This document shows positions 1-10,343 of a stretch of DNA of 64,000 nucleotides, piece after piece. A program made the position numbers and the translations under genes. Below the pieces are notes generated by a model. It worked only from the letters and a program-made list of their open reading frames with translations, had not been told where the DNA came from and searched no databases. Source of the DNA: Nitrospinaceae bacterium (GTDB lineage: Bacteria > Nitrospinota > Nitrospinia > Nitrospinales > Nitrospinaceae); NCBI GenBank assembly GCA_965223665.1, contig OZ245011.1:2976001-3040000 (forward strand), given 5' to 3'. Every line of letters begins with the position of its first letter. Positions within the stretch are counted from its first letter, which is position 1.

Positions 1-785
1 GGAATTTTCTCTCCTGAAAGACCTCTTGGGTAACCCCCTCCTCCGAATTCTTCATGATGATTTTCTAAAATTTGGACTACCTTTTCATCCTTGATTCCAA
101 TTTTATCCAAAATTTCTTTTCCATATTGAGTATGCTTTTTTACTTCATTAGTTTCTTCAGGGGTTAAGGGTCCCTGTTTATTAAGAATGTTTTTAGGAAC
201 TTTTGACATCCCAATATCGAACAGCACCCCGCCTAATCCAAGAACTTTTATTTCCTCGGGATCCAACTTAATATGGGTTCCAAAACTCAAACAGTAAAGC
301 CCAACATTAGTGCAGTGTGTATACAAAGAAAAATCTTTTATTAAGGTTTCGGTGATTACCTGACAACCCTGATCTGATTTAAGAATACATTCTTCCATGG
401 TTTCCATGACGCTTTCCATAGAAGTTAAAATATTTTCCGAAGCATGGAATTCGAAAAACCCCTTCATAATGTCATGAGACAGTCCATAAACTTTTTTGGC
501 CTTTTCCTCAGGAGAAATTTGGTCATTATTTTTCCAAGCCGTCAGCTTTTTAGTGGCTTGCTCAAAATAATTTTCCATTTCATTTTTATGGACATACAAA
601 GTTTCCTTAAGGGAATTGTCTTCCAGCATTCCACGGACTTTCTTTTGATGACTTGGGCTTCTACCGGCGAACTTGATAAACAATTCAGGGTTGGTGTTTT
701 TGTCCTTGATATAGAGATCAAAACATTGATCGGTAGAGGTGTTTAAAAACTCGTTACTGATGGGCCAATAAGAAGGAATGTTCAT
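1..785 (-). CDS. HD-GYP domain protein (3'-truncated by window edge), degenerate HD motif
   Basis: Manual translation from ATG at 785 is open to the window edge: MNIPSYWPIS...YTHCTNVG...GGVLFDIGMSKVPKNILNKQGPLTPEE...KHTQYG...HHEEFGGGGYPRGLSGEKI. Not in the ORF track because there is no stop in the window. Confidence 0.85.
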   Translation of the reverse strand, partial: MNIPSYWPISNEFLNTSTDQCFDLYIKDKNTNPELFIKFAGRSPSHQKKVRGMLEDNSLKETLYVHKNEMENYFEQATKKLTAWKNNDQISPEEKAKKVYGLSHDIMKGFFEFHASENILTSMESVMETMEECILKSDQGCQVITETLIKDFSLYTHCTNVGLYCLSFGTHIKLDPEEIKVLGLGGVLFDIGMSKVPKNILNKQGPLTPEETNEVKKHTQYGKEILDKIGIKDEKVVQILENHHEEFGGGGYPRGLSGEKI

Positions 786-971
786 TGAGATCAAAAACTT
801 AAAAACTAAAAAGGTTTTATTACTTTTAGAATAAAGTAAGTTTTTGAAATTGACGCAAACTTTTTGGAAATTAATCTATAAACACCCTTTTATAGGTAAT
901 AAAAGATAGTTATTTTAGTATTGGAGCAATACTTATATAATTTTTAATATTCTATTTCATAGTGAAAAATA

Positions 972-2279
972 TCACCATACACCTTTTAATTTTTGGGATT
1001 CAATTATTTGCTGGGTTTCAGTATTAATTTTACCTGGATTATTGATAAGAATTTCTTCTGCAATAGGTTTTAATTTGGCATCCCCATTAGTCTTAAGGTC
1101 TTCTAAAGCGTCTCTCACCTTTTTATGTATTTTAGCGTTACTGGATAAAGACCATTTGGCGGACGCAGCAGTTAAAAACAGCATTAAATCTTTTCTTTCA
1201 TCTAAGTGTCCAAGTGTCGCGATGATAGCATCTAAATATTTCTGTTCTCCGGTGATAAAGAAACTACTCCAATACATGTCATTTTTTGCAGGTGAGGTTT
1301 CAACATTATTAAGTAATTCATCCGGAGTTTGATTTATAGATCTTAACAAAATTGTTTTGGCGGGTGGGTTCAACTCCAAAATTTTTTCTCTCCATTTTTC
1401 TTTTTGTCCAGAACTGCTCAAATCAAAGATACAACTAAAGGTCATTAGGATTGGAGCTATTGCATTTTCATTGTTAGCTAACCCGGAAGAATTGATAAAC
1501 TGTAACGCACTATCTACTAACTCCGGGTGCGGTTCCATGTAATAAGTTTCTACGAAATAGTTCAACTCATCGTTGTTGGTAACAGAAGTTATTTTTTTGG
1601 GTGCTTCACCTAAATGGGATTTGATTTTCACAAAATCTTCTGCCCTGGATCCATCGGGAAAATAGTATAGGTATTTATCAATTTGTGCATTTGCCTTTGA
1701 AAAATTTTCCTGATACAAATATAAAAAAACATACCCTGCTTCCACTTCAGAATTGAACTCCGGAGAATAAACTTTTCTCAACGTATTTAAACTTTTTTCG
1801 GCTCCACTAAGATTGGGAGGAGCAATTGATAAATACAAATATGACGCAGATAAATTACAAAGTACGGATTTAGGAAAAGGGGATAAGCAGGAATTTAAAT
1901 TTTCTTTTGCTTTATTTGCACTTCCCCGAACATCCATATTGTGACCCTGACGATATAACTCGGCTAAAAGGTAATATCCGCCCTCTTTTTTATCCGTTGT
2001 AGTTGCAAAAGCTTCTGCATCTGCTACAAGATCAAGCCATTTTTGATAGATTACTTCTCTTTCCTCTTCGTTTTTAAATCTGGGAGGATACATTCCAATA
2101 TATTGATTCAAATTGGTTATTTCTTTAAACAATTCCTTGTAATTTCTGGATGATACAGTTTTCTTTTTTACATTTAGTTCAAATATTTTCTGTTCTAAAT
2201 TCGTCCCACGAATTTTTTTGGTTTTCGGCCCACAACCCACCAAATGCATAGCTAGTAAAATAACCAAAAGATATCTCAT
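972..2279 (-). CDS. Putative lipoprotein with TPR-like helical region, unknown function
   Basis: Lipobox-like LVGC after a hydrophobic N-terminus; TPR/BamD-like segment (KANAQIDKYLYYFPDG). Confidence 0.55.
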   Translation of the reverse strand: MRYLLVILLAMHLVGCGPKTKKIRGTNLEQKIFELNVKKKTVSSRNYKELFKEITNLNQYIGMYPPRFKNEEEREVIYQKWLDLVADAEAFATTTDKKEGGYYLLAELYRQGHNMDVRGSANKAKENLNSCLSPFPKSVLCNLSASYLYLSIAPPNLSGAEKSLNTLRKVYSPEFNSEVEAGYVFLYLYQENFSKANAQIDKYLYYFPDGSRAEDFVKIKSHLGEAPKKITSVTNNDELNYFVETYYMEPHPELVDSALQFINSSGLANNENAIAPILMTFSCIFDLSSSGQKEKWREKILELNPPAKTILLRSINQTPDELLNNVETSPAKNDMYWSSFFITGEQKYLDAIIATLGHLDERKDLMLFLTAASAKWSLSSNAKIHKKVRDALEDLKTNGDAKLKPIAEEILINNPGKINTETQQIIESQKLKGVW

Positions 2280-2297
2280 TTTAGTTCCTTATATTTT

Positions 2298-2765
2298 TTA
2301 CTCATCTGGAATTTGTTTTTTGATAATAATCCCAGTTTGATTTGTTAAGTCTATTAAAAGAGAAAACCTATAGTCTTTTTCGCCCAGGCAATAAATTTTA
2401 ATTTTATTTTCTTTTTCTCTCCATTTGTGCTCTGTGGGATAGCAGTATTTTTTAAATTTGATTTTTTTTTCGGCCTCAGAGGTTAAATCAAACATGTATA
2501 AGCGACCATCGCGTGACTTTGTGTAAATAGCATATTTTCCATTTGGGGAAACTGAAAACCCATCCAACATTCCTAAATCTCGCCCTTTGTAAAAAGTTGC
2601 AGAGTAATGCGCTATACTTTCAAATATATGGGGAGGATTTTCTACTGTGTAATGTTTTAAAACAAATCCATTTCCAAGGTCTTTAGACATTCCATAATCT
2701 CTATATTCCGCAAACCCTTGGGTTGTGAATTGAATAACTAATATAATAATTACTGAAGTCCTCAT
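2298..2765 (-). CDS. Hypothetical exported protein
   Basis: 155-aa ORF with signal-peptide-like N-terminus and an SVSPNGKY beta-propeller-like motif; 18 bp from the downstream lipoprotein gene. Confidence 0.55.
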   Translation of the reverse strand: MRTSVIIILVIQFTTQGFAEYRDYGMSKDLGNGFVLKHYTVENPPHIFESIAHYSATFYKGRDLGMLDGFSVSPNGKYAIYTKSRDGRLYMFDLTSEAEKKIKFKKYCYPTEHKWREKENKIKIYCLGEKDYRFSLLIDLTNQTGIIIKKQIPDE

Positions 2766-2910
2766 TTATGGATTCCCTTAGTTTATTTCTATTAGTTTCG
2801 AGTTTAGTCTAATTTAAATAATTGATTAATTCAATTGTTCTATTGTGGATACCTTTGACGAAAGTAAATCTCAAGAGAAATAAATTTTGTATCGCTAGGA
2901 TTCTTAATTT

Positions 2911-3969
2911 TTAAATGAAATATTTTCCGGTGTGAGTTTGTAGAAATTTATCAAGGGAAATGTCTTCCTGTTTGATGAACCCTTTTTTGGAAAGTTGGCC
3001 GTGGGCGACCATTTCTACAACGGCACACACGGAAGCGGCAGTGGTCCAGGAAATGGCCCGCCAGGTTTTCCCGTCGATGTCTTTGGGGTAATAACTGCGT
3101 ACGAATTCTTCTCGTCCTAATTTTTTCCCATTCCACCCTTCCACCGCTGCGTGAACATACACAACATCTTCGTTTACGGGAGGTTTGGCGTGAACTAAAA
3201 TTTCCCCGGCATGCTTCCGGTCGTTTTTCATGTGCAGTTCATCAAAGAAGAACCGCATCAGTTTGCCGTGGCCGGGATAACGAATCGTTTTATAGTTCAG
3301 CGTGTCCACTTTTCCCTCATAAGTCTGGCACATGGTGCCCAGCCCGCCGGAAGTGGTGAATGCCTCTAATTGCACTCCATCGATTACGATGGTTTCAATA
3401 CTTTCCATAGGTGGTACTTTGGCCCGAACCCCATTTTTAATCACTTCACAATCATTCAGGTATTCGTTAACCACTCCTTCCGGAGACCAATTGAAAGCAT
3501 AGCCCAGTAACCCTCGCGGATGTTGTGGCAAGGCACCGACACGTAATTCAATACTGCGGAGCTTATCGAACCGCCGCGCCAGGTCAGCCCCGACAATACC
3601 AATGAAACCCGGGGCCAAACCACATTGGGGAGCCATAACCGCTTTGGAAGTTTTTGACATTTTAAGGATTGCTTCAGTGGTGGGGACATCTTCCGTTAAA
3701 TCAAAGTAATGTTTGCCTGTTTTGTGGGTAATCTCCGCCACCGATTGGTTGAGGTGATAAGGCAGACAGGTGACCACCGCTTGATATTTTTTGATGATTT
3801 CGCGTAAGGATTTTTTATCGGTCACATCCCCCTTGATCGTCTCAAACGGGAGTTTGGGATTTTTTTTAGTGTCAAAACCCGCCACCTTATAATCGTTCAG
3901 ATGTAACAGCGTTGCGACCAGACCGCCCACCTTCCCTAAACCAATGACCAAAACCGATTCGATGTTCAT
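2911..3969 (-). CDS. Saccharopine dehydrogenase / lysine 6-dehydrogenase family oxidoreductase
   Basis: Rossmann GLGKVG, HYFDLTED, CGLAPG, WSPEG, TSGG and YKTIRYPGH motifs. Confidence 0.85.
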   Translation of the reverse strand: MNIESVLVIGLGKVGGLVATLLHLNDYKVAGFDTKKNPKLPFETIKGDVTDKKSLREIIKKYQAVVTCLPYHLNQSVAEITHKTGKHYFDLTEDVPTTEAILKMSKTSKAVMAPQCGLAPGFIGIVGADLARRFDKLRSIELRVGALPQHPRGLLGYAFNWSPEGVVNEYLNDCEVIKNGVRAKVPPMESIETIVIDGVQLEAFTTSGGLGTMCQTYEGKVDTLNYKTIRYPGHGKLMRFFFDELHMKNDRKHAGEILVHAKPPVNEDVVYVHAAVEGWNGKKLGREEFVRSYYPKDIDGKTWRAISWTTAASVCAVVEMVAHGQLSKKGFIKQEDISLDKFLQTHTGKYFI

Positions 3970-4219
3970 AAATTTTTCCTATTGATTTTGTTATATTTAA
4001 AAAAATATTAAATGTTTAGGAATTGAGTTTTTCTAATGAACCATTTGTAAACACTACCTAGTATTTCATATGAAAGTAGCTTTGGTCTATTTTTAATTTA
4101 AATATTGCCCGGATGGGTAAACAAATAATTTGGAAGTGATTTGAAGGTTTAAGAATATGAATCAGAAGAAATTGCAAACAAAATAATTTTTCGGACTTTG
4201 TACATTTTTTATTCTAAGG

Positions 4220-5287
4220 TCAAGATTTTCGGTTCAGTATGCTGCATATCCATAAGCCGTGGGGGTTGACCCATTCATTGAATTTTTCGTAATGGAACCC
4301 GTGGTGCTCGACAAATTGTGCGAGGTCTTCTTCATGGAACCACAGGCTTTGTTTGGAGAGTCCGGATAGATTGTCCCCTCCTTCAGAAAAAATTTCGAAT
4401 GAAAACTTACCTGCATCCAGTGTTACTTCTTTGAAGCGGCGCGGTTCCGGAGAATGTTTGGAAGCCACCTGGCTGGAAAGGATAATGGTGTCGCAGTGAT
4501 TCATACAGGTTTCCAGGAACCACCAGGGTTTTTCAGAATGATAAAGAACTCCAGAACAAAATATAACGTCGAGAGGTTCCGGGACTATAGAGGGAAACAA
4601 ATGCATATCTCCGAACCGCAAAGTGTAATTGTCCCAATCCATATATGCTTTTAACAGAGCAGTTTTAGCATAATTATCAGAGCGTCCTTCCAAACCGATC
4701 ACTCGTTTCGGTTCCTGTTCCATCAGCATCATTGAAAAATGTCCTTCGAAAGGACCAAACTCCAATACCGTTTTATTTTTTAAATTGAAGTCCGGAGGTA
4801 AGTACTGCCAGGGGCTGGGTTTTTCAATTAAGTGTTTACGCCATCCACTCAATAAGAGTTCATTATATTTGTAGTCTAAAGGAATTTTCAAATCATGAAA
4901 GAGAGTGGGAAGATCGAGCAAATGTTCTAAACAGAGAACACGACCCGGAAAAACATTTTGAATTCGTTGTAACGTTTCCTCCAGTTCAATTGAAGAATCT
5001 AAAGAGGCGACCAAGACCACAGGTTGTGGATCAATAGTCGATAGCGCCTGAATCGGTTGCACCTTTTTCCCACCCAGTTCTGTGGGGTGTGGGGTATCGT
5101 CATAAATACCTGTGACTATAATCTCGGCGTCTTTTAGTATTTTAAGAATATGTTTCGAGGAATTTCGGCTTCCGACTATGGCAATGGGAGCTTTCAATGA
5201 TTTGCAACGGTTAGAGATAACGCTTTGAATTTCCGGGTTTGTTAAATTGAGGCTTTCTGACTTTGGAATTGAATGGATGTGATTCAT
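4220..5287 (-). CDS. Class I SAM-dependent methyltransferase (DUF1698/CmoB-like C-terminal part)
   Basis: VLEFGPFEG SAM-binding motif and DVIFCSGVLYH motif. Confidence 0.7.
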   Translation of the reverse strand: MNHIHSIPKSESLNLTNPEIQSVISNRCKSLKAPIAIVGSRNSSKHILKILKDAEIIVTGIYDDTPHPTELGGKKVQPIQALSTIDPQPVVLVASLDSSIELEETLQRIQNVFPGRVLCLEHLLDLPTLFHDLKIPLDYKYNELLLSGWRKHLIEKPSPWQYLPPDFNLKNKTVLEFGPFEGHFSMMLMEQEPKRVIGLEGRSDNYAKTALLKAYMDWDNYTLRFGDMHLFPSIVPEPLDVIFCSGVLYHSEKPWWFLETCMNHCDTIILSSQVASKHSPEPRRFKEVTLDAGKFSFEIFSEGGDNLSGLSKQSLWFHEEDLAQFVEHHGFHYEKFNEWVNPHGLWICSILNRKS

Positions 5288-5966
5288 GTTTAACTCTGAT
5301 ATATAGAGTGGAAGGTTGATTTTAGACTCTTTTGCTTAAATGGAACGGCAAATTCGAAAAATTACTTGAGTCAAAAAGGAGGTGGGTAAGAACCGAGAGA
5401 GTCTCGCCAACAAGGTTAACGACCCATGCCTCAATAAAGAAATCCAACTTAATTTTTAAGCGTGAGGGGTGTCGGGAATAATGGGGCGAATCCTTCGAAT
5501 TTATAGAAGTATAGAGAATGGCAGGTAGTAAAGGAAAGTGAATAAAAAATGATTGTCTTAATGAGAAAACCACTCAAAACCAAACTCCCGGCCCTTAGAG
5601 ACCGAAAATGCCTTATCGATTGATAGGATTCAATAAGATAAAAAACCCCAGATTTATACTAGTGGTTTTAAATTTTTTCGTAATCGATTCCTCGTTTTAT
5701 TCTGGAACTCTATTTTAATATAAATTCACCTGATTCTATTAGATAGAAAAGAGTTCCTTTTCTTCACTTAGATTTACTTCTTCTTTTCAAAAAGATTTAC
5801 ATTCTTGGGTCTTTCACTGACATTAATCGTCACTTTGGGAGTCTGATTCATCCAATCCCTTTGATTTTTTTTAAATTACAAAAAATGTAAATCTGTAAAT
5901 TAATTTTCTTCAAAACCCACATTGTAGCTTAATTTTGAATCTAAACCGAAAGATTCAGACCTTCTA

Positions 5967-5982
5967 TGGTATCGATGTTGCT
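5967..5982 (+). promoter_or_regulatory. Candidate sigma54 (-24/-12) promoter
   Basis: TGGTATCGATGTTGCT: GG-N10-GC spacing, about 105 bp upstream of the PilX-like gene. Confidence 0.5.
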
Positions 5983-6087
5983 CTTCCAACAATTGTCAGG
6001 CAAAGAAAGGAACCGGTAAAGAGGGGTCTAAACCATTTAAGTAAAAAAGCAGTTTAAAAAATTTTGTTAATAAACAGGGATTTAAAC

Positions 6088-7362
6088 ATGAAAATCACCA
6101 GGAAAATCAAAGACGAATCGGGATCCGCTTTAGTGGGTGTCCTTCTTTTTATGCTTGTATTAATGATTCTTATGCCGGCAATTTTGCAGGTCACCGGTTT
6201 GGATATTAAAAAAACAGGAATCTTCACTGAGTCTCGCGAGGCTTTTTATATTGCCGATGCCGGGCTGGAACAAGCGAAGGTAGTTGCCAAAAACCTGCCC
6301 GCAAATGATGTTCTTCAAGGGGCCGATGGGAATGCTACGAACACTTCTGACAACGGACTATTCAGTTCTATTCCGGGAAGTAATACCTACTCCTATAACA
6401 ATGCGAATTATACACAGGTATCTTTTAATGGAGGAACATACAATATTCGCGCTTTTGATAACAAAGATGAAGGAATCGGTATAGATGATCCTTGGGTTGA
6501 TAAGGATAATTCGTATTTTATTGAGTCCACAGGGATTTCCAATGACGGTACCATAAAAACCATTCGCGTTATGGTCCAAAATTACACTCTTCCTCCAAAC
6601 AAGTTTCCCGCAGCAGTTACACTGGTGGGTCCACTGTCGAATATAAACTCTCAGGGTTCTGGATTTGATGTTTTGGGAGGATATGAAAATGGTGGGACCA
6701 TAACTCATGGACTGGCAACAGATGGGACGGAAGATACTAGTTGTGATGGTTCCAGGGCGGTTGCCACAGAATCTCCGGGACCTATAGATGATGATGGATC
6801 CTGTGATTCGGCCACTTGTGTTGACTTTGGCGGAGGGGCTGAAAAGCATTTACAGGGATCAGGAGGAGGACCTCCTGACATCATGTTGGATCAAACCAGT
6901 TTTACCGCGAATGATGCCGAAAAGCTGCATACCTTACTCACCGCTTCGGGTGTCCCCGATTATGTTGATAATGGAAATACTACAATTAATAATAGCGACA
7001 ATGTCCAATGGGGAACCCATAGTGACCCGGACGTAGTTTATGTTAAAGGAGATCTGGATATTCGCGGTGACGTGAATGGTTCCGGGGTACTCATAGTAGA
7101 TGGAGACCTGGATATCTCCGGATCGTTCAACTGGGATGGAATTATATTGGTAGGATCCTGCGCTACCTGTGACGGCGCTTTAGTGGGAACCGGTTCGGCA
7201 ACGGTTTATGGAGCCATGGTGGTGGGTAATAGCGTAGACGCGGCCGTAAACTTTACCGGTAGCGCAACCATTGGTTTTAGTTGTGAAGGAATAGGCTATG
7301 GTAATTTAGCGACCAAAAAGAAATACCCGTTTACCGTCGCCTCGTGGAAAGAGATCAAGTGA
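6088..7362 (+). CDS. PilX-family N-terminal domain protein (minor pilin/pseudopilin-like) with Gly/Asp-rich C-terminal domain
   Basis: ESGSALVGVLLFMLVL prepilin-like N-terminus and AFYIADAGLE PilX motif. ATG at 6088 preferred over the track start at 6064. Confidence 0.7.
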   Translation: MKITRKIKDESGSALVGVLLFMLVLMILMPAILQVTGLDIKKTGIFTESREAFYIADAGLEQAKVVAKNLPANDVLQGADGNATNTSDNGLFSSIPGSNTYSYNNANYTQVSFNGGTYNIRAFDNKDEGIGIDDPWVDKDNSYFIESTGISNDGTIKTIRVMVQNYTLPPNKFPAAVTLVGPLSNINSQGSGFDVLGGYENGGTITHGLATDGTEDTSCDGSRAVATESPGPIDDDGSCDSATCVDFGGGAEKHLQGSGGGPPDIMLDQTSFTANDAEKLHTLLTASGVPDYVDNGNTTINNSDNVQWGTHSDPDVVYVKGDLDIRGDVNGSGVLIVDGDLDISGSFNWDGIILVGSCATCDGALVGTGSATVYGAMVVGNSVDAAVNFTGSATIGFSCEGIGYGNLATKKKYPFTVASWKEIK

Positions 7363-7833
7363 TAATAAAACCAGGTTCGAGGCATGGGAGGTTGCAGTTT
7401 CATTCCATAAAAAAGGGGAGAAGTTGAAATGTTTTCACTTCCAACTCTTGAACAATTCTTTTTGGAAAAAATTGGACGGAGTAAGATTTAGTGGAACCAA
7501 AACATTCAGAAGGTTCTCTATTTGGCTAATATCCCCGAAGAACTCGATCTTATGTCCTCACCTCAAAGGTAATTGACCTTGTCTTCAACAAAGATACTCA
7601 TCCAACCCACCCCAACCCTGGGAAATCAAGAAAGGCTCTTTGGATAAATCTCATTTCAAACCTGATGTAATACGTTTAATGACAATAGAAACATCGTAAG
7701 TACGATATGGGTTTAAAATTCTTTCCCGCATAATCTCACTAAAGTTTTTATAGATCCAATTTCTTTCTCTTGATTTTTAATTTAAAAGGCACAAATAAAA
7801 TCTGTTCAAAGAGTTTTTAAGGGAGGAAATACT

Positions 7834-9123
7834 ATGAGAAAGTCTATCAGTTTATTTATATTTTTTATTGTGTTGTTTGCAAACACATTCTCTCATGCTG
7901 TCACCATCCAATTCACGGCCGTAGAGGACAGTTATATCAGTGAAACCAACCCCAATTCCAACTTTGGGACGGAAACCGTTTTGCTGGCCGATGGAAATGA
8001 TGGGTCAGGTGGAGAGATTGCTGCATTAATTAAATGGGACCTGTCTTCTATTCCACCTGATGCAACGGTTACTTCTGCTTCAATCATATTAAATTTAACG
8101 GACGCAAGTAGTGGGCCTTACAATATAATTCGTCAAAGCACAAATTGGAGTGAGGATACAGTGGACTGGAGTGACTTGTCTGGCTCCGCTACCATTCGTG
8201 GAATCATCCCAGCATTTGCCCAAGGCCAGACCACGATTAATTTAACTGTGGATGGAGTTAATTTAGTGCAGGGCTGGGTTGATGGGGGATTTGCCAATAA
8301 CGGAGTTACCATTCGCACTGCGGGAACCACCAATGGTATTGATATGGACTCCAGAGAGTCGGGAGGATTTTCTCCAATCCTGGAGGTGACTCATTCTGGT
8401 GGCACACCTACACTGGAATCGTTGCAGGCCAGGATTGCTGATTTAGAAGCTTTGTTAGCAGGAGTTGTCCGCAATGGAAATGATCTTCACTTTACCGGAA
8501 TGAACGTTCGTATCGAAAGTGGCTCCGGTGCGACCAATGGCGATACAGGGAGTGGAGGTCGTATTGTTAATGGGTTGGGAAATCTTATCGTTGGTTATGA
8601 TGAACCAAATCCTTTATTTCCACCTAATAAAACAGGTTCTCATAATCTCATTGTAGGCAGTGGGCATAATTATACGAGCTATGGTGGGTTTGCTGCAGGG
8701 GAAAATAATCAACTATTAAATATTTATGCGAGTGCCTGCGGAGGTCATCGCCACACGGTGGAGGGTCGTTGGGGAAGTGTTACCGGGGGTTGGTTCAATA
8801 CCGCAAGCGGGGATTCATCCACTGTCAGCGGAGGTCATTTCAATGAAGCTTCAGGTACTCATTCAATTGTAAGTGGTGGCCAGCAAAACACTGCTTCAGG
8901 GTTATCATCTAGTGTGAGTGGTGGTTGGTCCAACCAGGCCACGGCATTTGCTTCCAGTATTTCCGGAGGATTGGAAGGGATTGCCAGTGGTTTTTATTCC
9001 AGTGTTACTGGAGGTGAAGAGAATACCGCAAGTGGCAGTCGTTCAACTGTGAGCGGAGGACTTAATCGAAGTTCTGTCGGTCTTTATGATTGGAGAGCCG
9101 GAGGGCTTTTTGAAACCCAATAG
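7834..9123 (+). CDS. Secreted protein: DNRLRE/CBM96-like domain, short coiled coil and 15-aa beta-helix repeats (adhesin/fibre-like)
   Basis: Signal peptide; EDSYISETNPNSNFG...LIKWDLSSIP...NNGV...DSRE...PILEV; LESLQARIADLEALL; tandem SVxGGxxNxASGxxS repeats; RBS GGAGG. Confidence 0.7.
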   Translation: MRKSISLFIFFIVLFANTFSHAVTIQFTAVEDSYISETNPNSNFGTETVLLADGNDGSGGEIAALIKWDLSSIPPDATVTSASIILNLTDASSGPYNIIRQSTNWSEDTVDWSDLSGSATIRGIIPAFAQGQTTINLTVDGVNLVQGWVDGGFANNGVTIRTAGTTNGIDMDSRESGGFSPILEVTHSGGTPTLESLQARIADLEALLAGVVRNGNDLHFTGMNVRIESGSGATNGDTGSGGRIVNGLGNLIVGYDEPNPLFPPNKTGSHNLIVGSGHNYTSYGGFAAGENNQLLNIYASACGGHRHTVEGRWGSVTGGWFNTASGDSSTVSGGHFNEASGTHSIVSGGQQNTASGLSSSVSGGWSNQATAFASSISGGLEGIASGFYSSVTGGEENTASGSRSTVSGGLNRSSVGLYDWRAGGLFETQ

Positions 9124-9147
9124 TTTTAATCTATTTATATCTATAAA

Positions 9148-9174
9148 CCCGGGGAGCCTTTTCAGGCTTCCGGG
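9148..9174. terminator. GC-rich hairpin between convergent CDS and tRNA
   Basis: CCCGGGGAGCC-TTTTCA-GGCTTCCGGG. Confidence 0.55.
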
Positions 9175-9282
9175 AGGGAGAATCGAGAAAGAAAAAAATA
9201 CGAAAAGTGGCAAATTGCTTGCGAAAACTTGTGGAAAAATAAAATAGCAAGCAGGAGAATTTCAATAACTTGTATAAAATCA

Positions 9283-9358
9283 TGGAGCCGACGAGCGGGA
9301 TCGAACCGCTGACCTACGGATTACAAATCCGTTGCTCTACCAGCTGAGCTACGTCGGC
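9283..9358 (-). tRNA. tRNA-Thr (anticodon TGT)
   Basis: Minus strand GCCGACGTAGCTCAGCTGGTAGAGCAACGGATTTGTAATCCGTAGGTCAGCGGTTCGATCCCGCTCGTCGGCTCCA; 76 nt cloverleaf with encoded CCA. Confidence 0.97.
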
Positions 9359-10343
9359 TTTGTGGCAGGATTTAGAATTCTAACTTCCTTTCCTTAAAGT
9401 TGCAATCGTAGAAATTTGTCGATTTCAATAAATTTTTCCGAAGAGAAAATAGTCTTAAACCCTCATAAAGGTGAATCACCCCAGCCCGCAGCGTGACTCT
9501 GCACCCGAAATAAATTTTCATCAGGTTTGTCTAAATATCATTTATCCACAAACTTTTGAGAATCCTTATTGCTTCCAACCGCAGGTTGGGGAAAGAGGGA
9601 GCACATCGATCTTTCTAATAGGAGTTACTTCTATGGATCGGATTTGCCAGGTCGATTCCCTTGTTGTCCATTCAAATATTTATTTTAAAATTTCATTGGT
9701 TTAGAAAGACCCCTGGTATATTAAGGGTCTCAGTTTTAAAGGTAGGTAAAAATTCTTTTCTAAATTCATTTTATTTTCCAGGGGGAGATTGGTAGTATGG
9801 GTCAAATTGAATTGGGTCCTTATTAGATATTTCCAATTTGATTGAAAAGTACTTGGACCTTCTTTTTGTCGAGAAATAAAAGTTATGAATCCACCAGAAA
9901 GCAGAGCATTTATTAAAATCCTAATTTCATTGAGTATGGTTTTATGGTTTTTAGCCTGCGGTAACAAAAGAGCACCCACTCCTCCTGATGATAAGGCCAG
10001 TATGGGGAGCCAACAAATTAGCTCCCGAGTTTAGGTTTTTGGATGATCAGAAAAATCAGGAAAATTTTTCTACAATCTTTCCATTTATTAATAAAATCCC
10101 CGGATGCCAAATCATCCTTTTGCAATTAAGAAGCATTATCCCCTTAAATTCAATCAGTTATAAAATAATTTGCGGGACAATGGCAACCTTTTGTGATATA
10201 AATTGAAACAAGGGGCAATCGGTTAAGCCCCAAATAATCAAATAATTATTTCGATTTTGGAAGCCAAGCCGACCCCACCGGCCCGCCGAAGATTTGCCAA
10301 TCGAAACCCAATTGTCTACAAACCCTGCAGAAGGATCGCATTC

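Noticed and set aside
444-746. 100-aa plus-strand ORF in the track
   Set aside because: Shadow of the minus-strand HD-GYP gene (<1-785).
5997-6040. GGCAAA...GAAA...GGTCTAA resembling a c-di-GMP-I riboswitch
   Set aside because: Lacks the second GCAAA motif and convincing P1/P2 pairing.
9181-9282. Possible island boundary at the 3' end of tRNA-Thr(TGT), and a GG-N10-GC box at 9208
   Set aside because: No duplicated tRNA end or integrase seen in the window; the box points antisense into the tRNA.
9542-9550. Perfect DnaA box TTATCCACA in a long intergenic region
   Set aside because: Single copy, no box cluster and no dnaA/gidA context, so oriC is not supported.
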